Assembly (NCBI GenBank): GCA_963668695.2
Contig: CAXXLQ010000004.1
Span: 1,856,001-1,920,000 of the forward strand
DNA: 64,000 nt
Reading direction: 5' to 3'
From: Vicinamibacteria bacterium
Lineage (GTDB): Bacteria > Acidobacteriota > Vicinamibacteria > Marinacidobacterales > Marinacidobacteraceae
The notes under the pieces: generated by a model
What the model was told of the DNA's origin: nothing
Seen by the model: only the letters and a program-made list of their open reading frames with translations
Databases searched by the model: none
Program-made: the position numbers and the translations under genes
Shown: in pieces, positions 8,389 through 19,132 of the stretch
Numbering within the stretch: position 1 is the first letter of the stretch
How the letters are laid out: each line of letters starts with the position of its first letter

Positions 8389-10521
8389 ATGAGCCAGCGA
8401 GCCGTCCTGTCCTGGGACCGGTTCAAAGAGGTCGCCCGCGTACAACGCTTTCGCTTTCTGGCCGGTTGCGCACTGGCAGGGGGTCTCGCCGGACCCGTCG
8501 CGGCGAGCGCGCAGGATGAACGGCTCGAGCGGCTCACGCCCGAGCACCGCACCTGGATCGAAGAAGAGGTCGTTTACATCAACACCGACGCGGAGAGGGA
8601 CTTTTTTCTCGCGCTGGAGACGCTTGAGGAGCGCCGGCACTTCATCGAAGCGTTCTGGCGGAAGCGCGATCCGAACCCGGCGACGCTGGTGAACGAGGGC
8701 AGGGAAGAGCACTACCGGCGTCTCGGTTTCGCGACTGGCTCACTGGCCGACGACACCACCCGACCCGGCTGGAGGACCGACCGCGGCAGGATGTTCATCC
8801 TGCTCGGAGAGCCCCGGGAGCGCCAGCGCTTTGACGGCCTGAACGAGATCGTCTCGACCGAACTGTGGTTCTACCAGGGTGAGTCCGGGGTGGGGCTGCC
8901 GTCCTTCTTCTATCTCGTGTTCTTCAAGCCGCGCGACATCGGCGAATACCGGCTCTACCACCCGGCGCTCGACGGTCCGAGAAGCCTGCTGCGGGGCCGC
9001 TACGCCTCGCTGGAAACAAACGACCCGAGAGAGATCCTCCAGACTCTCAATGACGTCTCTCCCGAGCTCGGCCGGGCATCGCTTTCCTTCGACCCCAGCG
9101 ACCCCGGAGACCTCCTCAACGGCCGGGCATCCCTGGGGACCGACATTCTGCTGGACCGCATTCTGGACGCTCCGGGCCGCCGCATCCGCACGGACTATCT
9201 CGATGCGGCCCGCCGCTACGGCGACCTGGTCACTGCCGACTATTCGTTCAACTTCGTCCCGAACCGCAGCGTTTTCCGGGTGCTGCTGGCACCCGATGCG
9301 AGTTCGCTCGTGCACTACTCGATCGAGCTCGATCCCCAGGACATGGCGCTCGAAAGCGATGAAGCGAGGTCGCGTTTCTACACCGTCGTGGACCTGACGC
9401 TCGATGTGCGGGACCGGGAGGGCAATCTCGTGTACACCGAGGACCGCGAACTCATCGTGGACCTGTCGGCGGCCCAGATGGAAGCGGTCCAGGCGTCGCC
9501 CTTTGCCTTCCAGGGCGCCTTTCCCCTCGTACCGGGCGACTTCGATGCCAGCGTCGTGCTCAGGAACCGCGTCATGAAGCGGTTCACGGTGGCCGAGGCG
9601 GCCATCACCGCTCCGGGATCAGGCCCGGGCGCTCCCATTGTGGGCGATCCCATCGTCGCCTTCGAAGTGGAAGCGCATCAAGAGGTGCAGACGGGGGCGT
9701 TCGCTGACGGGCGCCGTCGCTTCCGGCCGGCGGCGGACGATCTCTTCTCTTTGGGGGAGACGCTGCTGGTGGGCGTGCAGGTCGCGAGGGCCGAGCCCGG
9801 ATCGACGCTGCGAATGACGCTCGGCAGCGGCGACGCGGCCCTGCGGGAAGTGGTGCTTGCGACCGACGACTTCCAGGACGGATCGGACTATGCGGAGATC
9901 GAGTTGGGGGACCTGGAGGCGGGCGCCTACCTTCTCGACCTCGAACTCCGGGATCCGGGCGGGACGGTGACGGCGCGCCGAACTGCCCCGGTTCAGATCA
10001 TCCCCCGCCTGGTGGCGCGTGCGAGCTACGTCCACCGCGGTGGAGCGGAGGCGGCGACTCCGGGTCTGCTGGCCTTGACGCGCGGGAATCAATACCTGGC
10101 GCTGGGGCGGTTCGAGGAGGCGCGCGTGGAACTCGAGCGGGCGGTCGGCGCGGGGGGTCCCGATCTCCCCATGGCTCGCTGGAAGCTCGCCAACGTCTAT
10201 CTGCGAAGCGAGGATGCCGATCGGGCGTTGGAACTACTGAAGCCGCTCGAGGCGGAGCACGACAGTCAGTACGAAGTGGTCGCCGGGTTGGGGTTCGCCC
10301 ACTACTTCAAGCAGGAGTTTGCTGAAGCCGCGCGCCATCTGGGGCGGGCAGCCTCGCTCCGCCCGGCGGGCACGGCGTTGCTTAACGCCCTCGGCGAGGC
10401 CCGCGAACAGTCGGGCGACCTCGAAGCGGCCCGCGCTGCGTTCGAGCGCTCGCTCGCGCTGGAGCCGGATCAGAAGGTCATCGAAGAGCGGCTGGCGCTC
10501 ATCCGGGCCAGACTGCCCTAA
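8389..10521 (+). CDS. GWxTD-domain protein with C-terminal TPRs
   Basis: WIEEEVVYI, FWRKRDPNP and GWRTDRGRMFILLGEP motifs; TPR-like helices at the C-terminus. The ORF extension to 8218 lies inside the MITE. Confidence 0.88.
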   Translation: MSQRAVLSWDRFKEVARVQRFRFLAGCALAGGLAGPVAASAQDERLERLTPEHRTWIEEEVVYINTDAERDFFLALETLEERRHFIEAFWRKRDPNPATLVNEGREEHYRRLGFATGSLADDTTRPGWRTDRGRMFILLGEPRERQRFDGLNEIVSTELWFYQGESGVGLPSFFYLVFFKPRDIGEYRLYHPALDGPRSLLRGRYASLETNDPREILQTLNDVSPELGRASLSFDPSDPGDLLNGRASLGTDILLDRILDAPGRRIRTDYLDAARRYGDLVTADYSFNFVPNRSVFRVLLAPDASSLVHYSIELDPQDMALESDEARSRFYTVVDLTLDVRDREGNLVYTEDRELIVDLSAAQMEAVQASPFAFQGAFPLVPGDFDASVVLRNRVMKRFTVAEAAITAPGSGPGAPIVGDPIVAFEVEAHQEVQTGAFADGRRRFRPAADDLFSLGETLLVGVQVARAEPGSTLRMTLGSGDAALREVVLATDDFQDGSDYAEIELGDLEAGAYLLDLELRDPGGTVTARRTAPVQIIPRLVARASYVHRGGAEAATPGLLALTRGNQYLALGRFEEARVELERAVGAGGPDLPMARWKLANVYLRSEDADRALELLKPLEAEHDSQYEVVAGLGFAHYFKQEFAEAARHLGRAASLRPAGTALLNALGEAREQSGDLEAARAAFERSLALEPDQKVIEERLALIRARLP

Positions 10522-10540
10522 CTTCCTTCACCACAGGCTG

Positions 10541-12274
10541 TTAGCGCCGGCGGTTGAGCCGCTCGATCGCCTCTGCTGCAGGAGCGAATCCGGGCAGCAC
10601 CCGGAGGCTGTCCTCGAAGGCCCTTCGCGCCGCGGCCGGATCGCCGCTGGCTGCCAGGAAAACGCCCAGCCGGTAGTGGGCGTCCGCATCCGCTGGCCGT
10701 GCGCCAATGACTTGCCGCTGGTGCTCGATGGCGGCGCCGTGGTTCCCCGCAAGGTGATGAGTGCGGGCAACCTCGGAGAGGATTTCGATGTTTTCGGGAT
10801 ATTGGGCGAGCGCCCTTTCCAGGGTGGACAGTGCCTCGGCGAGTTCTCCGGTCTCCTGAAGAAGGAGCGCGAGGGTGTAGTGCGCCGTGCCGAGCAAATC
10901 GGCGTCGCCTGCCGCTTCGGCGAGGGCGATGGCTCGGCGTTCGTGGCCGATCGCCTCCGGGGTATCGCCGAGCCGGTGCAAAGCGACCGACAGGTAGTGA
11001 TGCGCCTCCCCCGACTCGGGCTCCAGTTCGACGGCCGTCGAGAGATGGCCAAGCGCTTCCTCAAGCCTCGCGTCGCCGCCGAGCAGCGTTCCGAGCCGAA
11101 CGTGCGCCCTCGCCATTCCGGGGTCGCGGGCCAGGGCGCCCTGGAACGCTGCGACCGCGTCCCGGCTACGGCCCTGTGCTTCGAACGCGACGCCCAGGGT
11201 GAAATGCGGTTCCGCCTGCCCCGGGTCGAGCCGAACCGCCGCTTCGAGGTGTTCGGTTGCCGCGTCGATCTCTCCGAGTCGGCCCAGGAGGGCGCCCAGG
11301 TTCCCTCGCGCCACCGCGAGGTCCGGCTCCAGCGCCACCGCCCGCTCGTAGTGAGCTCGCGCCTGCTCGAGATCCCGGGTTTGCTCGAACGCCGCCCCGA
11401 GGGCGTTGTGCGCATCGGCCGATCCGGGCTCCGCGGCCGCCGCCTCCCTCAAGGCAAGGAGGGCCTCGTCGTACTGGCCCCGCTCGAGCAGTTCCGTCCC
11501 CGTCGCCAGTGCGGCGCGCGCCCCCCGGCCGCGCAGGGCGAGGATCTCCGGCGGCGGTTCGATCGCGGGACGCCGGGCCGGGCCGCGCCGGGAAGCGGCC
11601 AGGTGCTCTTCGGCGCGTCCGGTCTCTCCCAGGCGCTCGAACGCGAGCGCCGCCGTGTAGTGCACGGTTGGATCGCCCGGGTCCACTGCGAGGGCCCGCT
11701 CCAGGAAACTCACGGCCTCGGCGAGATTCCCGCTACGCAACTCGAGCGTCGCCATTCCACGAAGGGCCGTGAAGTTGCCGGGTTCCCCTTCGAGCGCCGC
11801 CCGGAAGTGGGCGCGCGCTTCCTCCAAACGGGCGCGACGGAACTCGAGTTGCGCGAGCGTGGTGCGCGCCGGGACCGAGCCGGGATCGAGTTCGAGCGCC
11901 TGGAGCGCGTGTTCGAGCGCCTCGCCCTCTTCTCCGGCCTCGGCAGCCCGGTGTGCGTCCAGCCGGTGCCAGCGAGCTTCGAGGGGAGCAAGATCCTGGG
12001 CGCGCCCGTAGGAGGAAGAGGCCGCCTCCAGGAAACCCTGCGCGTGAAGCAGCAGCGCGAGCCGACCGTGGACTTCGGGATCGTGGGTGCCGCTACGGGC
12101 CGCCTGCTGGGCGGCTTCGAGATCGGTGCGGGCGGAAGGTTCGAGCGATTCGAGCTGCGCCGCCGTCAGGACCGGGACGCGGATTTCGTCCGGCTGGGCA
12201 CGACAGGCCTGCCCAACGAGACAGGCCTGTCCGGCGAGACAACCCGTCAACGCGAGGAGAAGGCGCGTCGTCAT
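10541..12274 (-). CDS. Tetratricopeptide repeat protein, probably exported
   Basis: Repeated A..ALELDP..A.AH..LG units. Confidence 0.88.
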   Translation of the reverse strand: MTTRLLLALTGCLAGQACLVGQACRAQPDEIRVPVLTAAQLESLEPSARTDLEAAQQAARSGTHDPEVHGRLALLLHAQGFLEAASSSYGRAQDLAPLEARWHRLDAHRAAEAGEEGEALEHALQALELDPGSVPARTTLAQLEFRRARLEEARAHFRAALEGEPGNFTALRGMATLELRSGNLAEAVSFLERALAVDPGDPTVHYTAALAFERLGETGRAEEHLAASRRGPARRPAIEPPPEILALRGRGARAALATGTELLERGQYDEALLALREAAAAEPGSADAHNALGAAFEQTRDLEQARAHYERAVALEPDLAVARGNLGALLGRLGEIDAATEHLEAAVRLDPGQAEPHFTLGVAFEAQGRSRDAVAAFQGALARDPGMARAHVRLGTLLGGDARLEEALGHLSTAVELEPESGEAHHYLSVALHRLGDTPEAIGHERRAIALAEAAGDADLLGTAHYTLALLLQETGELAEALSTLERALAQYPENIEILSEVARTHHLAGNHGAAIEHQRQVIGARPADADAHYRLGVFLAASGDPAAARRAFEDSLRVLPGFAPAAEAIERLNRRR

Positions 12275-12280
12275 CGCACC

Positions 12281-14029
12281 TCAGCCGGGGGAGCCGGCGC
12301 CCTCGACGAGCTCGTTCTCGCGGTCGACCAGGACATCGGAGAAGAATTCCGTTTCGCCGCCTGGCCACACAACCTCCACCCCGGAGACCTCCGTGTCGGC
12401 GTCGAGTCCGAAATGAACGCGGGGATCGCTCGCGCTTCCATAGCTTCCGTCGGTGCCCACCAGCTTCGCCAGCCGGTCTCCGCTGGTTCGGACGAGCGTG
12501 ACCCGGGCGCCGAGCGCGGCCGATCCACCCCGCGATCCACCCCGCGATCCACTTTGGTCCGGTTTCAGCCTCAGCGAGATCCAGTGACGGCGTGCTCCCA
12601 CCTGGTTGAGCAGGAGCCTCGCTGGCCCCTGGTTGTTGGAGACCAGGACATCCACGTCGCCATCGTTGTCCACGTCGCCGAACGCCGCCCCCCGGCTCAC
12701 CTCGACGAGATCCTCCTCCGGGTTGGAACCGATGGGAACCAGTTCGAACCGGGCGCCGTCGCTGCGGAAGAGTTGGTTTGACTCGGCGTAAGGAGATCCC
12801 TTCCTCAGTTCCGGCCGGCCAAGCGCCACGGCCCCGTTCGCGACGAACAGGTCCGAGAGTCCGTCGTTGTCGAAGTCGAGCCACTGGACCCCGAACGCGG
12901 TCGCAGAGAGACTCGGATATCCGAGGCCGCGGGGAAAGGTCGTGTCCTCGAAGAGGCCTTCACCCTGGTTCTCGTACAGGGTGTTCGTCTCGTCGCGGAG
13001 GTGCGTGACGAAGATGTCGGAGTCGCCGTCACGGTCGAAGTCGTCCACGGCGATACCCATGCCGGCTTCGGCCGCCCCGTCGCCGTTGAGCGCGACGCCG
13101 CCGAAGAGCGCGACATCCTCGAACGTGCCGTTCCCGCGGTTCCACCAGAGCTGGTTCTCGTTCCCGTCGTTCGCGACGTACACATCGAGCCAGCCATCCT
13201 CGTCGAAGTCCAGGACCGCGACCCCGAGCCCGCTTCCGTAGGCCCGGTCAATGCCCGCCGCCCTGGTGACGTCGGCGAATGTCCCGTTGCCGCGATTGCG
13301 GTAGAGAACGTCCACCTGCGGCTCGAAGTTGCTGGGATGGCAGTAGTCCCGCACCCCCGTGGGACGGCAGATCGTGTTCTCACTGACTCGAAAGTCCACG
13401 TAGTTGACGACGAACAGGTCGAGATGACCATCGCGGTCGAAGTCGAAGAAAGCCGCGCTCGTTCCCCAACGGGCATCGTCCACGCCCGCCGCGCGACCAA
13501 CCTCGGCAAAGGTGCCGTCGCCCTCGTTCCGGTAGAGAGCATTGCCGCCGAAGTTCGTCACGAACAGGTCAGAGAAGCCGTCGTTGTTGTAGTCGCCCGT
13601 GGCGACCCCCATCCCGTAGCCGCGGTCACCGACGCCGGCCTGATCGGTGACATCTTCGAATCTCGGCGCATTTCCCGCCCCGGCCGCGGAGAGAACATTC
13701 CGGTAGAGGCGGTTTTCCGTTGCCTCGCCTGACCCGAGCGAACCGCTCTGCACGAGATAGGCGTCGAGGTCACCGTCGTTGTCGTAGTCGAACAGGGCGC
13801 CGCCGCTTCCCATGATCTCGGGCAGGTAGAACTCGCCGGCGGCGCCGCTCCGGTGCACGAAGTCAAGCCCGGCCTCGGCCGAGACCTCACGAAAGATGGA
13901 CGCGCTGTCGCGGTCGGACGGCTCGCCCTTGGGCGACGATGGCGGGCCGCAGCGCCAAACGGCGAGGGCCAGGCACCAGACGGCGACGGCGCGACCCAAC
14001 CCGGCCCGTCTGCAACCCGCCCGGATCAT
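12281..14029 (-). CDS. CRTAC1/ASPIC-UnbV family FG-GAP (VCBS) repeat protein
   Basis: Repeated D.DNDG.LD motifs, FYLPEIMGSG, GSYGSASDPRVHFGL and VEVVWPGG. Start ~14029 inferred from the signal peptide. Confidence 0.9.
   Translation of the reverse strand: MIRAGCRRAGLGRAVAVWCLALAVWRCGPPSSPKGEPSDRDSASIFREVSAEAGLDFVHRSGAAGEFYLPEIMGSGGALFDYDNDGDLDAYLVQSGSLGSGEATENRLYRNVLSAAGAGNAPRFEDVTDQAGVGDRGYGMGVATGDYNNDGFSDLFVTNFGGNALYRNEGDGTFAEVGRAAGVDDARWGTSAAFFDFDRDGHLDLFVVNYVDFRVSENTICRPTGVRDYCHPSNFEPQVDVLYRNRGNGTFADVTRAAGIDRAYGSGLGVAVLDFDEDGWLDVYVANDGNENQLWWNRGNGTFEDVALFGGVALNGDGAAEAGMGIAVDDFDRDGDSDIFVTHLRDETNTLYENQGEGLFEDTTFPRGLGYPSLSATAFGVQWLDFDNDGLSDLFVANGAVALGRPELRKGSPYAESNQLFRSDGARFELVPIGSNPEEDLVEVSRGAAFGDVDNDGDVDVLVSNNQGPARLLLNQVGARRHWISLRLKPDQSGSRGGSRGGSAALGARVTLVRTSGDRLAKLVGTDGSYGSASDPRVHFGLDADTEVSGVEVVWPGGETEFFSDVLVDRENELVEGAGSPG
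12521..12552. repeat. In-frame 12-bp tandem repeat (CGATCCACCCCG x~2.7)
   Basis: Seen directly; encodes GSRGGSRGGS on the minus strand. Confidence 0.85.
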
Positions 14030-14400
14030 TCCGCATATCGTAGTGATGGCGGAGTTCGTGCTGGTCCCGCTTGGCCTTTCCGGTGCGGAAGCGGGCGGAT
14101 CGCCGAGGTGAGAGTCCCGAAACGGCGTTGTGGGCGCTCGTCTCCTCAGAGCTGGCCAGCAAATCCTTGCTGACCGAGCTGTCCAGTTTCGACGCCCACA
14201 TATGTCCATTGTCCGAAGTCCATCAACACCGCGAAAACCAACGAGCGGGCGCCGGCAACGCTCGGCGTCCTCTCCGAGTGTGCGCGGTCTTTGGCTGCTG
14301 GCAGTGACCAGTTTTCGGTGGTCATTGGACAGGGCCACGTACACAGACTCACACTCGCCGCACTGAGGGGCAATCCCACGAGATGACGTGCGAAGGGAGT

Positions 14401-17400
14401 ATGTGTTGGCAGCGCTACAGCCGTCATTGCTTCTCCGGCGGGCTCCTTTTGCTTGGCCTATGCCAGGCCTCAGGTTGTGGAGGCGGCGCATCGTCGGCGG
14501 GCCCGACTCCCCCGACTCCACCCGGGGTCGTCGCCAACCGCGCCCCTTCAGCCTCCGGAGCGATTCCCGAGCAGATACTGACCGTAGGAGGAAGCGTGGC
14601 GAGGGTGGGCGTGACGCCGTACTTTTCCGACCCGGATGGCGACACGCTTGCGTACGCAGTCGTCTCCAGCAATGTCGGGATCGTGGACGCCAGCGTTTCG
14701 GGCAGCACCCTGGTGCTCAGCCCCGTGAGTGCTGGGGCCGCGGTCGCCACGGTTACGGCCACGGACTCCGGCGGGCTATCCGCCACCCAACCGATCGCCG
14801 TCACGGTCCGCCAGGGCGACACCCCTGGCAGCCTCCCGGCCTGCAGGGTGGGCCTGGTGTTGCATATCGGCGAGTCGTGCACGGTTGACATTCCCAACAT
14901 CAGCGGTGGAGACAATCGGTTTCACGTCACATCGGATGGCCGCGGCTGCTACGGAATCATCTGTGCCGGTGACGCCATGAACCTGAGCGGGTTCAGGGCC
15001 AGCAGACAGAATGACGGCACGTGGCGGATTGACGCACTTCCCGATGGCGGCGGAGCGGCGCCGGATCTGGTCGTTGAATCACCCGAGGTCAGCAGCAGTA
15101 CGGTGGTTCCGGAGGGGTCCTTCACGCTGTCGGCCACCGTTCGGAACCAGGGCGCCGAACGGTCCGCGTTGACGACGTTGCGCTACTACCGTTCGTTGGA
15201 CTCGGCGATTTCGACGGGCGATACGGAGATGGGCACGGACTCCGTTTTCGGGCTGTCCGGCGGCGCGAGCGGGTTGGAGTCGATTCGCCTGACGGCACCG
15301 GTTTCGCCCGGGACGTACTACTACGGCGCGTGCGTGGAGCCGGTGAGCGGGGAGAGCGACACCGGCAACAACTGTTCGGCCGGCGTGCCGCTCAGGGTGG
15401 AGTCGGGCGGCGGGGCGGCGCCGGACCTGGTCGTCGAGTCTCCCGAGGTCAGTAGCAGTACGGTGGTTCCGGAGGGGTCCTTCACGCTGTCGGCCACCGT
15501 CCGGAACCAGGGCGCTGGTCGGTCCGCGTTGACGACGTTGCGCTACTACCGTTCGTCGGACTCCACGATCTCGACGGGCGATACGGAGATGGGCACGGAC
15601 TTCGTTTTCGGGCTGTCCGGCGGCGCGAGCGGGTTGGAGTCGATTCGCCTGACGGCGCCGGTTTCGCCCGGGACGTATTACTACGGCGCGTGCGTCGAGC
15701 CGGTGAGCGGGGAGAGCGACACCGGCAACAACTGTTCGGCCGGCGTGCCGCTCAGGGTGGAGTCGGGCGGCGGGGCGGCGCCGGATCTGGTCGTTGAGTC
15801 TCCCGAGGTGAGTAGCAGTACGGTGGTTCCGGAGGGGTCCTTCACGCTGTCGGCCACCGTCCGGAACCAGGGCGCTGGTCGGTCCGCGTCGACGACGTTG
15901 CGCTACTACCGTTCGTTGGACTCGGCGATTTCGACGGGCGATACGGAGATGGGCACGGACTCCGTTTTCGGGCTGTCCGGCGGCGCGAGCGGGTTGGAGT
16001 CGATTCGCCTGACGGCGCCGGTTTCGCCCGGGACGTATTACTACGGCGCGTGCGTCGAGCCGGTGAGCGGGGAGAGCGACACCGGCAACAACTGTTCGGC
16101 CGGCGTGCCGCTCAGGGTGGAGTCGGGCGGCGGGGCGGCGGCGGATCTGGTCGTTGAGTCTCCCGAGGTGAGCAGCAATACGGTGGTTCCGGAGGCGTCC
16201 TTCACGCTGTCGGCAACCGTCCGGAACCAGGGCGCCGAACGGTCCGCGTCGACGACGTTGCGCTACTACCGTTCGTCGGACTCCACGATCTCGACGAGCG
16301 ACACGGAGGTCGGCACGGATTTCGTTTCGGGCTGGCAGGCGGCGCGAGCGGGTTGGAGTCGATTCGCCTGACGGCGCCGGTTTCGCCCGGGACGTACTAC
16401 TACGGCGCGTGCGTGGAGTCGGTGAGCGGGGAGAGCGACACCGGGAACAACTGCTCGGTCGGCGTGCCGCTTGGGTGGAGTCGGGCGGCGGGGCGGCGTC
16501 GGATCTGGTCGTCGAATCTCCCGGGGTCAGCAGCAGCACGGTGGTTCCGGAGGCGTCCTTCACGCTGTCGGCCACCGTCCGGAACCAGGGCGCCGAACGG
16601 TCCGCGTCGACGACGTTGCGCTACTACCGTTCGTCGGACTCCACGATCTCGACGAGCGATACGGAGGTCGGTACGGATTTCGTTTCGCGGCTGTCAGGCT
16701 GGCGCGAGCGGGATGGAGTCGATTCGCCTGACGGCGCCGACCCTGGACGGGACGTACTACTACGGTGCGTGCGTGGAGTCGGTGAGCGGGGAGAGCGACA
16801 CCGGGAACAACTGCTCGGGCGGCGTGCCGCTTGTCGTGCAGTCGGGCGGCGGGGCGGCGCCGGATCTGGTTGTCGAGTCTCCCGAGGTCAGCAGCAGTAC
16901 GGTGGTTCCGGAGGCGTCCTTCACGCTGTCGGCTACCGTTCGGAACCAGGGCGGCGATCGGTCTGCGTCGACGACGTTGCGCTACTACCGTTCGGCGGAC
17001 TCCACGATCTCGACGAGCGATACGGAGGTCGGCACGGATTTCGTTTCGCGGTTGTCAGCTGGCGAGAGCGGGATGGAGTCGATTCGCCTGACGGCCCCGA
17101 CCCTGGACGGGACGTTCTACTACGGTGCATGCGTCGAGTCGGTGAGCCAGGAGAGCGACACCGGCAACAACTGCTCGGCGGGTGTACCGCTGGTCGTGGA
17201 GTCGGGCGGCGGGACAGCCCCGGATCTGGTCGTTGAGTCTCCCGCGATGAGCAGCAATACGGTGGTTCCGGAGGGGTCCTTCACGCTGTCGGCCACCGTT
17301 CGGAACCAGGGCGCTGGTCGGTCCGCGTCGACGACGTTGCGTTACTACCGTTCGTCGGACGCGACGATTTCGACGGGCGATACGGAGATGGGCACGGATT

Positions 17401-18851
17401 TCGTTTCCCGGCTGGTGGGCGGCGCGAGCGGGTTGGAGTCGATTCGCCTGACGGCGCCGAACTCGCCCGGGACCTACTACTACGGCGCGTGCGTGGAGCC
17501 GGTGAGCGAGGAGAGCGACACTGCCAACAACTGCTCAGCCGGCTTGCCGCTTACGGTGGAGTCGGGCGGCGGGGCGGCGGCGGATCTGGTCGTTGAGTCT
17601 CCCGAGGTGAGCAGCAATACGGTGGTTCCGGAGGCGTCCTTCACGCTGTCGGCAACCGTCCGGAACCAGGGCGCCGGTCGGTCCGACTCAACGACGTTGC
17701 GTTACTACCGTTCGTCGGACGCGACGATCTCGACGAGCGATCTGGAGGTGGGCACGGATTCCGTTTTCGGGCTGTCTGGCGGCGCGAGCGGGTTGGAGTC
17801 GATTCGCCTGACGGCGCCGGTTTCGCCCGGGACGCACTACTACGGTGCATGCGTGGAGCCGGTGAGCGGGGAGAGCGACCCCGGCAACAACTGCTCGGCC
17901 GCTGTGCCACTTACTGTGGAGGCGGTCGCCGGACCGGATCTCGTCGTTGAATCTCCCGAAGTGAGCACCAGTTCGGTGATTCCGGGGAAGGGCTTCACGC
18001 TGTCGGCCACCGTCCGGAACCAGGGCGGCAGTCGGTCGGCGTCGACGACGCTGCACTACTACCGTTCGTTGGACTCCACAATTTCGACGGGCGACATGGA
18101 GGAGGGCACGGATTCCGTTTTCGGGCTGTCAGCGGGCAGGAGCGGGTTGGAGTCGATTCGATTGACGGCGCCGAACTCGCCCGGGACGTACTACTACGGC
18201 GCGTGCGTGGAGCCGGTGAGCGAGGAGAGCGACACCGGCAACAACTGTTCGGCCGGCGTCTCGCTTACGGTGGAGTCGGGCGGCGGAGCGCCGGACCTCG
18301 TTGCTGAATCTCCCGAGGTCAGCCGGACGATGGTGGTTCCGGATGGTTTCTTCACGCTGTCGGCTACCGTCCGGAACCAGGGCATTGGTCCGTCCGGCTC
18401 GACGACGCTGCGCTACTACCGCTCGTCGGACTCGACGATCTCGACGAACGATACGGAGGTCAAGACGATTTCCCTCGAGGCGCTGACAGCCGGCGGCAGA
18501 GTGACGGCGTCAGTTCTCCTGAGGGCGCCGAGTTCGCGTGGAACGTATTACTACGGCGCTTGCGTCGATGCGGTCAGTGGGGAGAGCGACACCGGCAACA
18601 ACTGCTCGGCCGGGGTGCGGGTCGAAGTCGGATCCACGGGACCCGCCTGCACGGTCGGCCAGTTGTTGAGTCCCGGTGAGTTCTGCACGGTCGTCATTCC
18701 CGGTTTCAGCCTCACTGACAATCGGTTTCGGGTTACCTCAGACGGGCGAGGCTGTTACGAAGTCTTGTGTGTCGATGGCAGCCTGAGCCTGAACGGGTTC
18801 GTGGCCACCAAACAGAGTGACGGCAGGTGGCGGATCGACGCACTGCCCTAA
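14401..18851 (+). pseudogene. Large CARDB-repeat surface lipoprotein (Ig-like domain, Cys-rich domain, 10 CARDB-like units, Cys-rich domain) with three frameshifts (real or sequencing error)
   Basis: Lipobox-like ASGC; NRAP..YFSDPDGDTL Ig-like domain; PDLVVES...TYYYGACV...ESDTGNNCS repeats. The frame passes through ORFs 14383, 16353, 16409 and back to 16353. Confidence 0.8.
15061..18630 (+). repeat. Ten ~360-bp tandem coding repeats
   Basis: Unit starts at 15061, 15421, 15781, 16141, 16499, 16860, 17220, 17580, 17934 and 18291. Confidence 0.95.
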
Positions 18852-19067
18852 CAGCCTGTGGATAAAGTGGTGTGAGCGCCGAGAGCGGCCAGTTCTCCCG
18901 GTGGGGGCGAGGCGCCCGGCTGACAAGGCGCGCGAGGGAGGAGCCCCCACCGGGAGAACTGGCCCGAGTGTATTTCGACCGAAGCGCAACGATGAGCGAC
19001 GCGAAGCGGAGTGTTTCAGCCGGGATGCATCGCCGGTCGAACGCCGCATGACTTTGTCCACAGGCTG
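18852..19067. mobile_element. MITE-like element copy 2
   Basis: CAGCCTGTGGATAAAGT ... ACTTTGTCCACAGGCTG, flanked on both sides by CTAA (18848-18851, 19068-19071). Confidence 0.8.
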
Positions 19068-19132
19068 CTAAGGCGAGTAACCGGCTTCGGCGCCGAATCC
19101 GCCGCACCGGGGGCCGGCCGACAAGGCGCAGA

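Noticed and set aside
10319-12781. 820-aa plus-strand ORF, and similar long ORFs such as 1428..3263-, 3005..4672-, 47136..49223-, 53961..56120-, 57262..59820-
   Set aside because: Antisense shadows of well-supported genes; expected in high-GC DNA and without recognisable motifs.
15061-18630. Repeat array as diversity-generating retroelement template/variable regions
   Set aside because: No reverse transcriptase in the window; differences are not adenine-specific and all units are coding.
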